From NCBI GenBank assembly GCA_001938485.1, contig MQRK01246015.1:1-52635 (forward strand): a stretch of 52,635 bases of DNA, written 5' to 3'. Below are positions 25,328 through 37,383 of this stretch, piece after piece. Within the stretch, counting starts at the first letter, position 1. Each line of letters begins with the position of its first letter. Under the pieces are notes generated by a model that searched no databases, was not told where the DNA came from, and was given only the letters and a program-made list of their open reading frames with translations. Position numbers and translations under genes: made by a program. The DNA comes from Girardia tigrina. Lineage: Eukaryota.

Positions 25328-26710
25328 GTGGTAGTGGCTAAGAAAAAGAATGGAGATATTCGACTATGCGTAGATTACAGAGCTCTGAATGCGAAAACAA
25401 ACAGACCGATATTTCCAATACCATCCTCGGAAGAGATTTTCGATAGTATTGGGGGATCCAAATATTTTTCTACTCTCGATTTATCAAGTGGGTATCACCA
25501 AGTACCAGTGGCAGCAGAAGATGTACATAAGACTGTATTCAGTACCAGACACGGTCAATACGAGTTTCTCAGAATGCCATTTGGGTTATGTGGTGCCCCC
25601 GCAACTTTTCAGAGATTAATGAACTTAATTTTAAGAAAAGAAAATTGGATCAACTGTGTTATATATCTTGATGATATTTTGATTTTTGGAAAGACGATAG
25701 AAGAACATAATCAAAGATTAGAAATGGTGTTATCGAGAATAAAACAAGCAGGACTAAAATTAGCTCCAACAAAATGCCGGTTTATGCAAACAGAGATAAA
25801 ATATTTAGGTCATGTAATCAACGAAGATGGCGTGAAGACAGATCCTGGTAAAATCAAGGGCATCAAAAAATGGAAGTTACCAGACTGCAAAAAAGAATTA
25901 CAGACATTCTTAGGATTTTGCAACTATTATCGCAGGTTTATCAAGAATTATGCTGAATTGTTTAGTCCTTTAAGTTCGATGTTAAAAAAAGATTCAAAAT
26001 TTGTGTGGACAGACGAATCGAGAAGTATGTTTTACAGACTCAAGAAACATCTCACACAACCTCCTGTGTTAGCTTTACCTATAAAAGACGGTAAATATAT
26101 TTTAAATACGGACGCATTCCATGATGCAATTGGTGCAGTGTTATCACAAATCCAAAATGGAGAAGAACGAGTTATTTATTATGCCACAAAAACACTTACT
26201 AAGAACCAAAGACAATATTGTATTACTCGAAAGGAACTGCTAGCCATCCATACGTTTGTTTTGAAATTTAAACATTACTTGATAGGATCACATTTTCTTG
26301 TCAGGACGGATCATCAGGCACTAAAATGGCTTTTAAACTGGAATAGCCTAAACATATCACAGTACTGTATTTGGAAATCAGAACTGGAAATATTTGATAT
26401 GGAGATAGAATTCAGAAAAGGAAAGGACCACAATAATGCCGATGGTCCTTCAAGACCAGCACCATGTGAACAGTGTGCCCTACAACATGAAGATCCAAAA
26501 AAGAAAAGAAACGTAAAAAAATATCACCCAGTGTACATAGAAAATGGGAAAACTCACAGCGAGTATTCGGAAAAGATTGTCAATGAGATTCAAAAACAAA
26601 ATAACGAGAGTCCAAACGAGTGGGAGCAGGAAACAGATGAAGAGTTACGGAAGTTACTGAATCCAATAACTTACAAAGACGAGAAAAAAATATCAATCTG
26701 GTGGATATGA
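25328..26710 (+). CDS. pol: Gypsy RT-RNase H segment (part of disrupted pol)
   Basis: RLCVDYRALN, FSTLDLSSGYHQ, MPFGL, YLDD, TDA..AIGAVL, TDHQAL. Confidence 0.95.
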   Translation: MVVAKKKNGDIRLCVDYRALNAKTNRPIFPIPSSEEIFDSIGGSKYFSTLDLSSGYHQVPVAAEDVHKTVFSTRHGQYEFLRMPFGLCGAPATFQRLMNLILRKENWINCVIYLDDILIFGKTIEEHNQRLEMVLSRIKQAGLKLAPTKCRFMQTEIKYLGHVINEDGVKTDPGKIKGIKKWKLPDCKKELQTFLGFCNYYRRFIKNYAELFSPLSSMLKKDSKFVWTDESRSMFYRLKKHLTQPPVLALPIKDGKYILNTDAFHDAIGAVLSQIQNGEERVIYYATKTLTKNQRQYCITRKELLAIHTFVLKFKHYLIGSHFLVRTDHQALKWLLNWNSLNISQYCIWKSELEIFDMEIEFRKGKDHNNADGPSRPAPCEQCALQHEDPKKKRNVKKYHPVYIENGKTHSEYSEKIVNEIQKQNNESPNEWEQETDEELRKLLNPITYKDEKKISIWWI

Positions 26711-26762
26711 AATCAGAATTCGTGGGGATATTATATATTTATTTAAGGATGGAATCTATAGA

Positions 26763-28069
26763 GTGATAGTGCCAAAACACAAAAGACAGGAAATAATTTG
26801 GAACTACCACCGACAATTGGGACATCCAGGAATGAAAAAAACAGCAGATGTTATTGCAAGAAATCATTACTGGGTGAACATGATTGAAGACATAAAAGAA
26901 ACATTAAGTAAATGCATACCATGCATTAGAAACAAAAATATCAATGGAAGAATTAAAGCGCCATTACAGAGCTTGATTACCAAAAAACCGTTTGAAGTAA
27001 TCGGAATAGATATCACAGTACCATTTACAAGAACGAGGAAGGGATACCGATACATCCTTGGTGTGATTGACTATTTCTCGAAATATGTATGCTTAATACC
27101 GATGAAGACAATAACAGCAGAAAAAGTGATAAAAAATTTATGGATTCATTGGATATCAAAATATGGGATTCCAGAACGAATACACTCGGACAGGGGTACT
27201 AATTTTACATCAAATTTATTTATTGAACATTGTCGAACACTGGGAATCAAGAAGACGTTTACTTCCCCATATTATCCACAGGGAAATGGATTAATAGAAA
27301 GGTTGTTTCAAACGGTAAAACCGATGATCAGCGCAGTGATGGAGGAAAGAAAAATTCAAGACTAGAATGAAACACTACCATTCATAGTGAACTTGGAATA
27401 CGAACAACAAAGCAAAAAACCACAAAGTATTCTCCATATGAGGTGTTGTTTGGACGCAAACCAAGAATCGACTTCATTCACTCTGAGCCTTTCTCGGACA
27501 CGGAATATCACAACACCAATGAATATGTGAATGAAATGAGAAGTAAGATAAAAATAGTTCACGAATTTGTTACTAGAAATTTGAGGGACCAAAATGTAAA
27601 AGATAAATTAAGGTATGACAAGCATAGAAGGAACGCAAAACTACAAGTCGGGCAGAAAGTTATGGTCAAAAATCAAGGAGCACAAGGATTTGAAAATAAA
27701 TACATTGGGCCATTCGTTATCAGGAGAATTATCGACGACTGGACATTCATTTTATATCATGAAGAAGCGAATAAAGAAATACAACATAACTACAACCAGA
27801 TCAAAGAAGTGAGGGAAACCGAAGATCAGAGTGGGAAACAAAGACTCAGACCAGTATACGAACTTGGAGAACAAAGGGCAAGGAAACAGCTCAGGTCAAA
27901 GAGAGAAGATACCCGATCAGAAATACGCGGAATCCAAGACCGATATACAGATGATTTCGAAGAGGGGAATGTGATATTAAATGAATTATTTAATAAAATA
28001 TTGAATTTAAATAAAAAGTGCTTGTTTAAATATTCAAAAAATGGTAGTTTTCAAATATATGTTTATTGA
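26763..28069 (+). pseudogene. Gypsy integrase (two ORF pieces split by a stop and frameshift)
   Basis: HRQLGH...CIPC, VIDYFSK, HSDRGTNF, YYPQGNGLIER, YIGPF. Confidence 0.9.
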
Positions 28070-28999
28070 ATCTTAATTTTTAATTCGATTATATATATAA
28101 CAGTTCGCTAAACCCTCGAAAAACGACTGCTGCCTCTCCTGATAGAGCCAGTGGCAGCATTGCTTGTTTATCTTCGTTAAGCATTGCGTTGCATTCGCGG
28201 AATCGTTCGATCCACACGGTGACGTTCTCGCGTGCGTCGAATGCAGGAATCAATTTTAAAGTCTTCATGTGCCGCGATAGCTTGTAGAGACAAAATCAGA
28301 AAACAAGGCTTGATAATAAATAAGATCTTCCGCTCGACTCAAATTTCCCGCCTAATATATACGACTAATTTAAACAACTACGATTAATTGTTGATCTATT
28401 TATTATCATTTACTCTCCCATTTTGTTTCGAAAAAATCCTTTATTAATTTTTTTAGATATTTTAAATAAATTAATAAATTTAATAAATTAATAAATTATT
28501 TTATTTTAATTCCAGAAAATTATTTTGAATTTTTGAATATTATATAAATTAATATCGGAATCATTTTTGTGTGTTATCGATGAGAACTTGTAAAAATAGT
28601 ATATAATATTTATAAAAATGATTAAATTTTTATTGGAGGCCAAACATTAACTAATTCAAAAATGTATTATAAAACATAAATATTACTACACAACAATTAA
28701 AATGAAAAGTTGTGAGCAATACCTCGTAAATAATATATTACGTTTTGAGCATCATAGTTTCTCATGGTGACATCCTATTATTCGTTTTTTTAAGAAATTC
28801 ATTAAAATATTTTGTCTAAAATTTTTTTAAAAAATTTTGTCTTTATTCATTTAAATTGTCTTCCAATCATAAATGGCTGACTAATTTTCGCCACTACCAA
28901 TAATCCTCGATGTATTGTAGCCCGGACAAAAAAATCCCGTATGAATTGTCAATCGGATCATAAATCCCCGAGGAATTGTGTCCCGACAATTTTCCACGA

Positions 29000-29190
29000 C
29001 CAATTGACGTGTTCCAATGACTAATGCCCTCGCGACGATCAATGTCGAACATCCTGTGTCGACCATTGCACTCACGGTCCTCCCACACACGTTCACCGGA
29101 ATAAATGTTAATCGTGCGTCACCGCAGCCAGGCTCCCCAGCCGCACAATAGTGGGTACTTGCTATTGCTCGGTTTTGCAGTGAGGGCATC
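29000..29190 (-). mobile_element. Retroelement protease fragment (short-LTR clade-like)
   Basis: VNVCGRTVSAMVDTGCSTLIV. Confidence 0.6.
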
Positions 29191-30846
29191 TCCTTGTAAT
29201 CAGAAAATTGGAAGGAGAACGCTTCTCCAACAACAAGTAGAAGTCAAAAGGGATCACCAAGATACCAATCGATATGGTTAAGATATAGATTCTCTCTGAC
29301 CAACATCAGCAGATTGATTAGAAGAGGAGAGCCGTGCGGAGGAACAGGGTCATCAAGTCAAAATCCCAATCAACACTGGAAATTTATCTCGACCGATCGA
29401 ACATGAACTGGAACTCCAACCAAATAAAAACGAGGATGTACTAGTCGGTGATTATTCGAAGGCCGGTTATTAAATTTATTATGTAATAATCACTTTTTAT
29501 TAAAATTATTTAACAATGATTTACTTAATTTATTTAACTCATTCATTAAAAACTGCATATTTAATTATTTTTTGAAAAAATAACATTTATTTAAACAAAC
29601 TGCAAACTTCTTTTTTAACAGATTTACCCTAATTTACTGCGTATAACCCGCGGGTAAAACGGTGGAAAAAGACGACTGTTCTTAAAATTTATTGGTGCGG
29701 GTTTTATACTAAAGTTTACAAAATGTACTAAATGACCAAAATTTAATTAAAAAAAATTTGACTGGGAATACTTTTCAAAAATATTTTTTTCTAAATAAAT
29801 ATGAAAAAAACTTTTAATGAAGCTTTTGCAGAGTTTTTTTAAGAAACGCTAATAAAGTTTTATAAATGAAAAAAAATATTAACAAATTTTATTTAACCAT
29901 CGATATAAACAAAAATATGGAACTAGATAAAATTAATTAAAACAAAATCTATAAAAATATTAAAAATGAAAATCCACCGAAATATGATCTTGGAGAATGT
30001 TTGATTGACTAATATAATAAATTAAAAAAGCTTTTCAAATACACCCAATCGGATAATAGCACATCATCCAAAAAAAACTTAGATTTTATGAACCTGAAAA
30101 TAAATTTTTTAATAATTCAAAAAAGATCCTGTATAGAATATTTTAAATGTTCGATGTCTTGTATTAAAATGTTGTATGTTGATTTAAAATTGTCTCTCGT
30201 ACCCAGATGGCTGATTAATATTTTAAATCTTATTATCGGAAACTATATAATGTTTAAATTTATTTCTAGCTTAAAATAATTGTAAAATTTTAAAAAAGTT
30301 TTAATAATTTTATTTACATTTTTTAAATAAATAGAATAATATATTTAAAAAAATGAATAATCATTTTAACTTTTAAGCAAAAGAATTTAGAAAAAATATT
30401 TTATCAATTTATATAATTCTCCATTTGCTCAAATAATAAGATTAAAATCATTAATTAATTAGATGGATGCAATCGTAAAATAGTTTTGACCAAGATTGTC
30501 CTGAGGACAATCAAACGTGTTGTATTATATTAAAAATAATAAAAGTCATATTATTGTTCTTAATATATTTAATTTCCGATAATATAAAAGCATTAATTCG
30601 GAAAATTATATTCCTGAAAAAAAATCAAAAAAATTGTTAAAAAACAATGCAGAAATTTTTTTAATTGGTTAAATAAGGGGGATCGAGAAAATGGTTATAA
30701 GTTGTGGTGGACCAAAATAAAGTTTCAGTTTTATCGTATGCTGCGTAAACTTTGAGTATCAGTTAAAATTTTCAAGCAATCGATTTAAATCACCCTACAA
30801 CAACACCTAAACAATTAAGTAGCTGGATTTCAGTCACTCAATAAAA

Positions 30847-31450
30847 TGTAAAGAATAGTGAAAATGCTGACTCAAATAGACTTTTACTTACATGAACCAA
30901 AGTCATCTTTATCAAAATCAAACATTAAAGTTCCTACTTGTCTGTTTAATTTATTTGTAATTCACCCAATTTACACCCGAAAACTAAAAAAACTGATTAA
31001 AATGCTTTATCACACTTCCTCTTGCCTTCAAAGTACATACAAATACACCACCTATGTACGGGAAAGTTCCCCCTTTTCTGATATCGAACACCACATAGAC
31101 AAAGTCTCTTGACCGAGCCGACGCGCAATCGCTCGACGTGGCCTCTCCTCCTGCATGTATTCATTTCGGTGCTCAAGGTTATCTGAATCGTTTGTTTTCA
31201 GAATGGGTATTGACGCTACATACATCTGCTTTGATAAACATATAAGGTATGATATGTGGTAAGGGATTCCTTCAATTTCAAATTGATTGGAATGAGACAC
31301 ATCACTCACTATGGCGAGCCTCTAATGCTCTGTGCATGTTGTCGGTTTTCAAAACAGGACCAATTTGCGTACCGATACTTTATCTCAACACTCATTGTAA
31401 GGTTAGGTGCATTTCTAATTCCTCTTCTATCCGGCCAATTCAATCTACGT
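30847..31450 (-). mobile_element. 3' end (integrase C-terminus, PPT, LTR 30847-31014) of another short-LTR clade member (D)
   Basis: KPTTCTEH*RLAIV..EIEGIPYHI parallels KP..CT..W of elements A and B. PPT GAAGGCAAGAGGAAG followed by TGTG, as in element B. Confidence 0.55.
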
Positions 31451-32132
31451 ATGTTCAAAATAATTTATTACTTTCTTAATAAATGCTTATTTTCTACAAA
31501 GAATTCACTGTCAATTAAGATTTCAAACGTCTTAATCACATCATTTTCTGGATCAAATGATGCCAATGGATGTAAGTTTAGGACAAAATTATAATTTTCT
31601 GTATAATATAATATATATTTTTATATAGAATGTAAAGTTTATGTTTTTTACTGTCACTGCGCTGAATAGACCCAAAAGATTTAGTGCGGATCCTCACCAT
31701 CTTCTAAAAATCCACCCACGTTACCTCCTCAAATATCCGTAATATGATCGACTGCTGCCACGAGACGAGTTTTTGAAATACAATTTAAGGGGAAACATAA
31801 TTTTCAAAGCATTTCACAAAATTTATTAAAACAAAATACAAAAAAAATTTCCAAAGTAGACAGTGATGATTAATCCACGTAACGACTCATTTAAAATCAA
31901 TCTGTTTAAAACATTTCGAAATAAGTAAAATTGATAAATAATCAAAACCAAAAAAACAATATCTTAATACCATAACCTTAAAACACTAGTATATCTATAA
32001 CCCGTCATGTATGACGGGTATAATTATATAGAATAAATTTTCGTGGTATAAATATAAACGTAAAATCTACAATTGTAAGTAGATAATATGAGCGTTCTTC
32101 ACAGAATCAGTCACATATCAAGACAAATTTTA

Positions 32133-32788
32133 TCTTATAAAAGCCCAAGTCACTCACTGCCTGCCTGCCTGCTTCACTAACGCTGACGTAATAATAGTAT
32201 TATTTGTTGAAAAATAAATGTGAAAAAATATCAATTTATTATGANNNNNNNNNNNNNNNNNNNNNNNNNNNNNNNNNNNNNNNNNNNNNNNNNNTATCAA
32301 TTTATTATGAAAAATTCTGTATTTAATGTGAAAAATATCAATTTATTATGAAAAATTCTGTATTTAATGTGGAAAAATATCAATTTATTATGAAAAAATT
32401 CTGTATTTAATGTTGAAAAATATCAATTTATTATGAAAAATTTTGTATTTAATGTGGAAAAATATCAATTTATTATGAAAAATTCTGTATTTAATATGAA
32501 AAACATCAATTTATTATGAAAAATTCTGTATTTNNNNNNNNNNNNNNNNNNNNNNNNNNNNNNNNNNNNNNNNNNNNNNNNNNNNNATATGAAAAACATC
32601 AATTTATTATGAAAAATTCTGTATTTAATGTGGAAAAAATATCAATTTATTATGAAAAATTCTGTTATTATTTCAAAAATTTACCTTACAGCATTAGTGA
32701 GGCAGGCAGTGAGTGACTTGGGCTTTTATAATATAAAAAAATTGAACCCCCGCCAAGAGAGGGCCGCGAAGCGGGCCGAGCGCGCTAG
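32133..32788 (+). mobile_element. Non-autonomous Helitron with internal inverted repeats and minisatellite
   Basis: A|TC start; GC hairpin GGCCGCGAAGCGGGCC shortly before CTAG|T; inverted repeats 32135-32185 / 32690-32731. Confidence 0.7.
32215..32665. repeat. ~41-bp AT-rich minisatellite (AAAAATATCAATTTATTATGAAAAATTCTGTATTTAATGTG), gapped
   Basis: Multiple tandem copies read directly. Confidence 0.95.
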
Positions 32789-32864
32789 TATATCTATAAT
32801 TATCATTTATGAGATAAATTATTTTGTTATAAAAACTCGTCGGATAACATTTATTTTATATATA

Positions 32865-32994
32865 TATATATATATTTGTCTTGATCTGTGACTGACTGAT
32901 TCTGTGAAGAACGCTCATATTATTTACTTACAATGGTAAGTAGATAATATGAGCGTTCTTCACAGAATCAGTCACAGATCAAGATAAATATATA
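32865..32994. repeat. ~125-bp near-perfect palindrome; a third arm copy lies at 32075-32128
   Basis: Arms ..CTTGATCTGTGAC..GAAGAACGCTCATATTATTTACTTAC and GTAAGTAGATAATATGAGCGTTCTTC..GATCAAG around a 4-nt loop. Confidence 0.9.
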
Positions 32995-33522
32995 TCTATA
33001 TTTTCAAATAAAGATAAACGCAATTTCAATTGTGAACAACATATTTTTTATTTATATAGGAGAGACACAATTCCAAATCAACACACAATACATAAATTGC
33101 ACGAAGTTTCACTCTTTGTCAATGAGTACAAAGATAAAAATATTCTATTTTCAATTCACAACAATTAGTAGTGCACAAACAGTTGGTATGTTTGTAAAAC
33201 CATAAAGATCAAAATTTTCGTTTATTACGATTTGAGATCGAGTGCCGTGGGATCATTAAGATCAGAAACTGTTAATTGTATTCGGCTTGATATAATTTTC
33301 AACATTGTCAATAAAGCAGCAAATGAATATACTATTAGAATGTTTGTATCGAAATTCATTTGACGATGAATATGGCTTTACTTTTTCCATTTTGAATGTT
33401 AATCAATATAAAATATTTTTTAGCTTTTCTGATTCGAAATTGAATATTTAAGAATGAATTTTTAAGAAGTCTTTTAAAAGCTCATAAAATATCTATTATG
33501 TACTTGGAAACAGAGCCACAGT

Positions 33523-34626
33523 TTAGATAATCAAATCTCTTCTTCTTGGATCCAATTCATGGCACTTTCCCACATTAAAATAATTTTTGGTGAGCTGAAT
33601 AGGAACGAGATCAAGTCTGATGAGACGCCATTCAACGTTTGGCAAAGTAATGAGAGATGTTTCTTTCTGTAAGTCAGAATAACTGAAATTAAAATTTTCG
33701 TAATATTGTTGAGCCATGGAGTTCTCAAAAATTTGCATATTTCGCGATAAAATATCGGTTTCTGGGTTCGTAACGCTTTTTTTGTGTGAAAACTGTTGAG
33801 TATTTATTTGATCGATATTCTGAAATTTTTTTTGTATTTGGTTCACTACCGTTTGAGGTATACAAAACCCTTTCTTTGATTCTTCTGGTACTTGTTTTTC
33901 AAAGGAAATATTTACATCGTGTTGGTAATCAACAACCTGATATTTTTTAGCTAAAAAATCGTATGGAGAGGGTTTTGGAACGATTGGAACTTCATGTTCA
34001 GGTTTATTTAAACATAAATTACTTTTATTACCAAAAGGAATACTTTGGGGAATTTCAGCTTCCGAAATGAAATTTATCTTAACCGGTGAATTAATTTTTA
34101 GGGGAGAGTGACTTTTCTGTGGTGAAATATTATCTTTTAGATCATTATCATACTCAGTAATTATAGGTTTTATACATTCTCTTTCAATTTTACTTTTTCT
34201 TTTAAATTGATCTACCTTAATTTCTTTGTCCCATTTCGAAGAAGTAAATTGTTTAAGTTCCACTTCAAAGTCTCTCTTGTTTTCAGTTTCACTGTTCGAA
34301 TCTGACTTCACGCAATCACTTTTCGATGCTACAATGGGTTCTGTTTTATACCACGGATAGTGTACTTGTGGTTTGTCGGGGTCTTCCTCTGTATAATTTT
34401 CTTCATCACTACTACATTCTTTCTTCATTGGTTTCCTTTCTCGATTTTTGTCAGATCTTTCTTTTCTCGGTCGAGATCTGCTTCGGTCTCTTTCTTTTAT
34501 TTTAGAATCGTCAAATTCGTGTCTTAATCTTTGACGATCGTTTTCATAATTTTTATACGAACACATTCTTCGTTCAAAATTTCTATTTCGTCTGTTTCTT
34601 TTCGAATGAAATTCTTTCTCAAACAT
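33523..34626 (-). CDS. Intronless 367-aa protein: basic RS-like N-terminus, C-terminal DPR motif; probable paralog of the 816-aa ORF
   Basis: Intact ATG ORF; RDRSRSRPRKERS; C-terminus EWRLIRLDLVPIQL...CHELDPRRRDLII. Confidence 0.8.
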   Translation of the reverse strand: MFEKEFHSKRNRRNRNFERRMCSYKNYENDRQRLRHEFDDSKIKERDRSRSRPRKERSDKNRERKPMKKECSSDEENYTEEDPDKPQVHYPWYKTEPIVASKSDCVKSDSNSETENKRDFEVELKQFTSSKWDKEIKVDQFKRKSKIERECIKPIITEYDNDLKDNISPQKSHSPLKINSPVKINFISEAEIPQSIPFGNKSNLCLNKPEHEVPIVPKPSPYDFLAKKYQVVDYQHDVNISFEKQVPEESKKGFCIPQTVVNQIQKKFQNIDQINTQQFSHKKSVTNPETDILSRNMQIFENSMAQQYYENFNFSYSDLQKETSLITLPNVEWRLIRLDLVPIQLTKNYFNVGKCHELDPRRRDLII

Positions 34627-35191
34627 TATTTCTTAAAAAAAGTATTGATATTTATAGAATTTTTATTTCCTGGTTTTTATTTAAACAAATTTTTTTATTG
34701 AAATTAAAACGTTTTTTTGTAATAATTTTAATTTTTTTTTAAATTGAAAATATTTCAAAATAGTAAAATTTTATTTAAATTTATAATGCAACTTATTTTC
34801 CGCTTTAAAAAAAATGATTTATTCTATTATTTTTTAGCAAAAAAATAAAAGATAAATTTTTAAAAATACTGTAAAAATCAATAAATAATTATTTGCCATT
34901 AGATTTATCTTTAGAAATCAATTATTTATTTAAATTATAATTCATATTTGCAAAAAAAGATTATTATAACATATTAATTTGAAAAACATTTTACATTAAA
35001 TTTGCAACAATTTATAATTTAAGCATAAAATCGCAGACAAAAATAATTCATTATTTAATTACACTAACTTAAATTAATTACCGTAAAAAATATTTGTTAA
35101 AATTTTTCTGCTATAAAAATTAGAATATTTTATTACAATTAAAATTTTTCTTTTATTTAAATTATAAAAAAATATCTTTTTTATTAACAGT

Positions 35192-35340
35192 TTACACAGT
35201 GTATTCTTTTTTTTGTTTCTTTGATTTTGACATCTTTCATATCTTTGATTATCTCTGCTTTAATAAAGTTGACTCGGGCTCCTGTATCAAATTGGCCATG
35301 TATATTTTATTCCTTACGCAAAAACTCTGTGCGATACTTT
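35192..35340 (-). mobile_element. Gypsy protease remnant
   Basis: GQFDTGARVNFIKAEII. Confidence 0.5.
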
Positions 35341-37383
35341 AAATAATTTTTAAAAATTATTTAAAAATTAGATTTATTTAACGATCATAGCAATTCTAAA
35401 TATTGGTCACTTAAATCATAGATAATCAAATTTTGAAGTATTAGAATAAAATATTTTAATTATTTCTCAAATTCATTATCTATTAATAAGTTTCCATCCG
35501 GATGAATTTTGTTATTAACAAAAATCATCATTTTATTTAAAAACAATAAAAAGCCATTTTAAAAGCAATAAATGATAAATTAAGTTAAAATTTTTTTCAC
35601 GATCTCATAAAATTTTGAATATGTTCAGTAATAAATCAATTATACCTTTTACGCAATGTTCGGATATTGTTTATGAATATAAATATAATTTGAAATAAGT
35701 ATTCATTGATCTGAAGACGGCGGTTGATCCATCGAAATTTTTTTTTATAATTAGATTACTTTTGTTCTTATTATTTGTTGAATTAATGAATGCTTATTTG
35801 TTATTTTTGATTAACAGTATGAAATTAAATAGTGTATTTGACATAAACGATTATTTCACATAACATAAAAACAATGAATATTTCTCAAAAACTTAAATTC
35901 GAGAACAAATACTAAAGCATTTTAAAAATTAATTTATGATATTGACAAAGTAAAAGCAACTTTAAAATAATGTATTTTTTCGAAATTTTTACAATTTTTT
36001 TAAAACAACACAAAAACAATATTTATTTTTAATATTATATCCAATTTAATCGAAATTTAATACATTATTTAACTAAAATTTATCGAATTTGTAGGGCCTG
36101 ATTTGACCAAGAAAAATATTCGTAATAAAATTTTAAAAATATATAAAAAAAATTAACACTTAAAACTTAAACAAAATTATGAATTTATTATTTAATGAAA
36201 TATTATTTACCGGATATTCCGGGATATTTAAAGTTGAAAAATATTTTAAAATTAAAAAAGACATTTAAATAAATATCCTAAATTGCTTAAGCATGGTAAA
36301 AAATATTAAAAAGATTTTTAATAAAAAATGATAACAATATAAAAGTAGAAAATTTTTCAATTTTATTTAAAGTCTCAAGAAATTTTGAAAATTATAGACA
36401 TATTATCTAAACCTCGAGATATTATCCCTGAAAAAATCTTTATGTGACGGGTTTGTCTGATAATTATTGTGTGTTAATTGAACTTCGTCGAGTATGTTGT
36501 TCTCTCCCGTTTAATGTAATAATATGTACGACGATCTGAATTGAAATTATTTAATGATATTGTTAGGGCACTGGTGTTATTTATATTAATTTATAAAAAA
36601 TGAAAAAAACTGTTTTGAATTAAATATAATTTTATTAACAATAATTAAAAGCTAATTTACAAATTAGATCAAAACGCTATTTCTTCACACAATATAATAT
36701 GGTATAATGTTGGACAATTACTCTCGGTATTAGACTTTTCTTTGTAGTCTTAAATAATGAACTTTCAATTTGTAATTCCTCGCGCTTTTATAGATTTAGA
36801 GTTTTTAAACTTGAAATCTCCGGAAAATGAGGTGGGGATCTCGGTATTCAAAAGTTATTTTCCTTTTTTTCAAAAATTGAAATTATTCAATATAAAGTTA
36901 CTTAAAATGACGTCAATATTATTGACTTTATTATTGAATCAATAAGACAAAATTTAATTGGTAACCAGACAATTCGACACAGACGATTCGACACACGTAC
37001 AATTCGACACAAATTTTTTAATTCGACACATTTTTTTAATGGGACAAAAATTTTATTTTGACATTTTTAAATTTCGATAGTTTTTTTAATTCAACACTTT
37101 TTTTTAATTAGACCAATAACTAAAATGAAATATTTTCATTATTACTACACATTTTTTGAAACTCGACATTTTCAATAACTATATTTTTAGTTAGACTAAT
37201 GAGTTATATCAATGAAAAAATATCCATTTAATATGAAAAAAATCAATTTTTATGAAAAAATATGTATTTAATATGAAAAATATGTATTTAATATAAAAAT
37301 ATCAATTTAATATGAAAAAAATCAATTTTTATGAAACAAATTTTTTAATTCGACACAGTAAAAGTTAATTTTTAACATTTTAT

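Larger units (their letters stand above)
22916..28102 (+). mobile_element. Near-intact Ty3/Gypsy retrotransposon E (LTRs 22916-23056 and 27970-28102)
   Basis: TG..CA LTRs; TSD GTTCG; PBS TGGCGTCACGAG; PPT GAAGAGGGGAA; gag, FDTGA protease, RLCVDYRALN/YLDD RT, RNase H, H-H-C-C and D,D35E integrase with scattered stops. Confidence 0.97.
18715..28420 (-). mobile_element. Full-length decayed LTR retrotransposon B (5' LTR 28283-28420, 3' LTR 18715-18870), interrupted by Gypsy E and a ~410-bp AT-rich insertion
   Basis: Homologous LTRs; TSD TTTTG (18710-18714 / 28421-28425); gag MKTLKLIPAFD.. from 28268; CGWSGHVAREC knuckle; VDTGFS protease; LGFGLNGAP/YYDD RT; integrase; PPT AAGGGCAAGACGAAG. Confidence 0.85.

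Noticed and set aside
29620-29710. GTATAACCCGCGG-containing block similar to 51280-51395 (pogo/Tc2-like end)
   Set aside because: Both copies are in the same orientation, with no paired TIR or TSD resolved
32215-32665. Regular repeat array as possible CRISPR
   Set aside because: Head-to-tail units with no unique spacers, eukaryotic context and no cas genes; it is a minisatellite
35711-35737. CTGAAGA-stem-GAAA hammerhead-like motif
   Set aside because: Stem III and cleavage triplet are missing (followed by a T run); at best a relic
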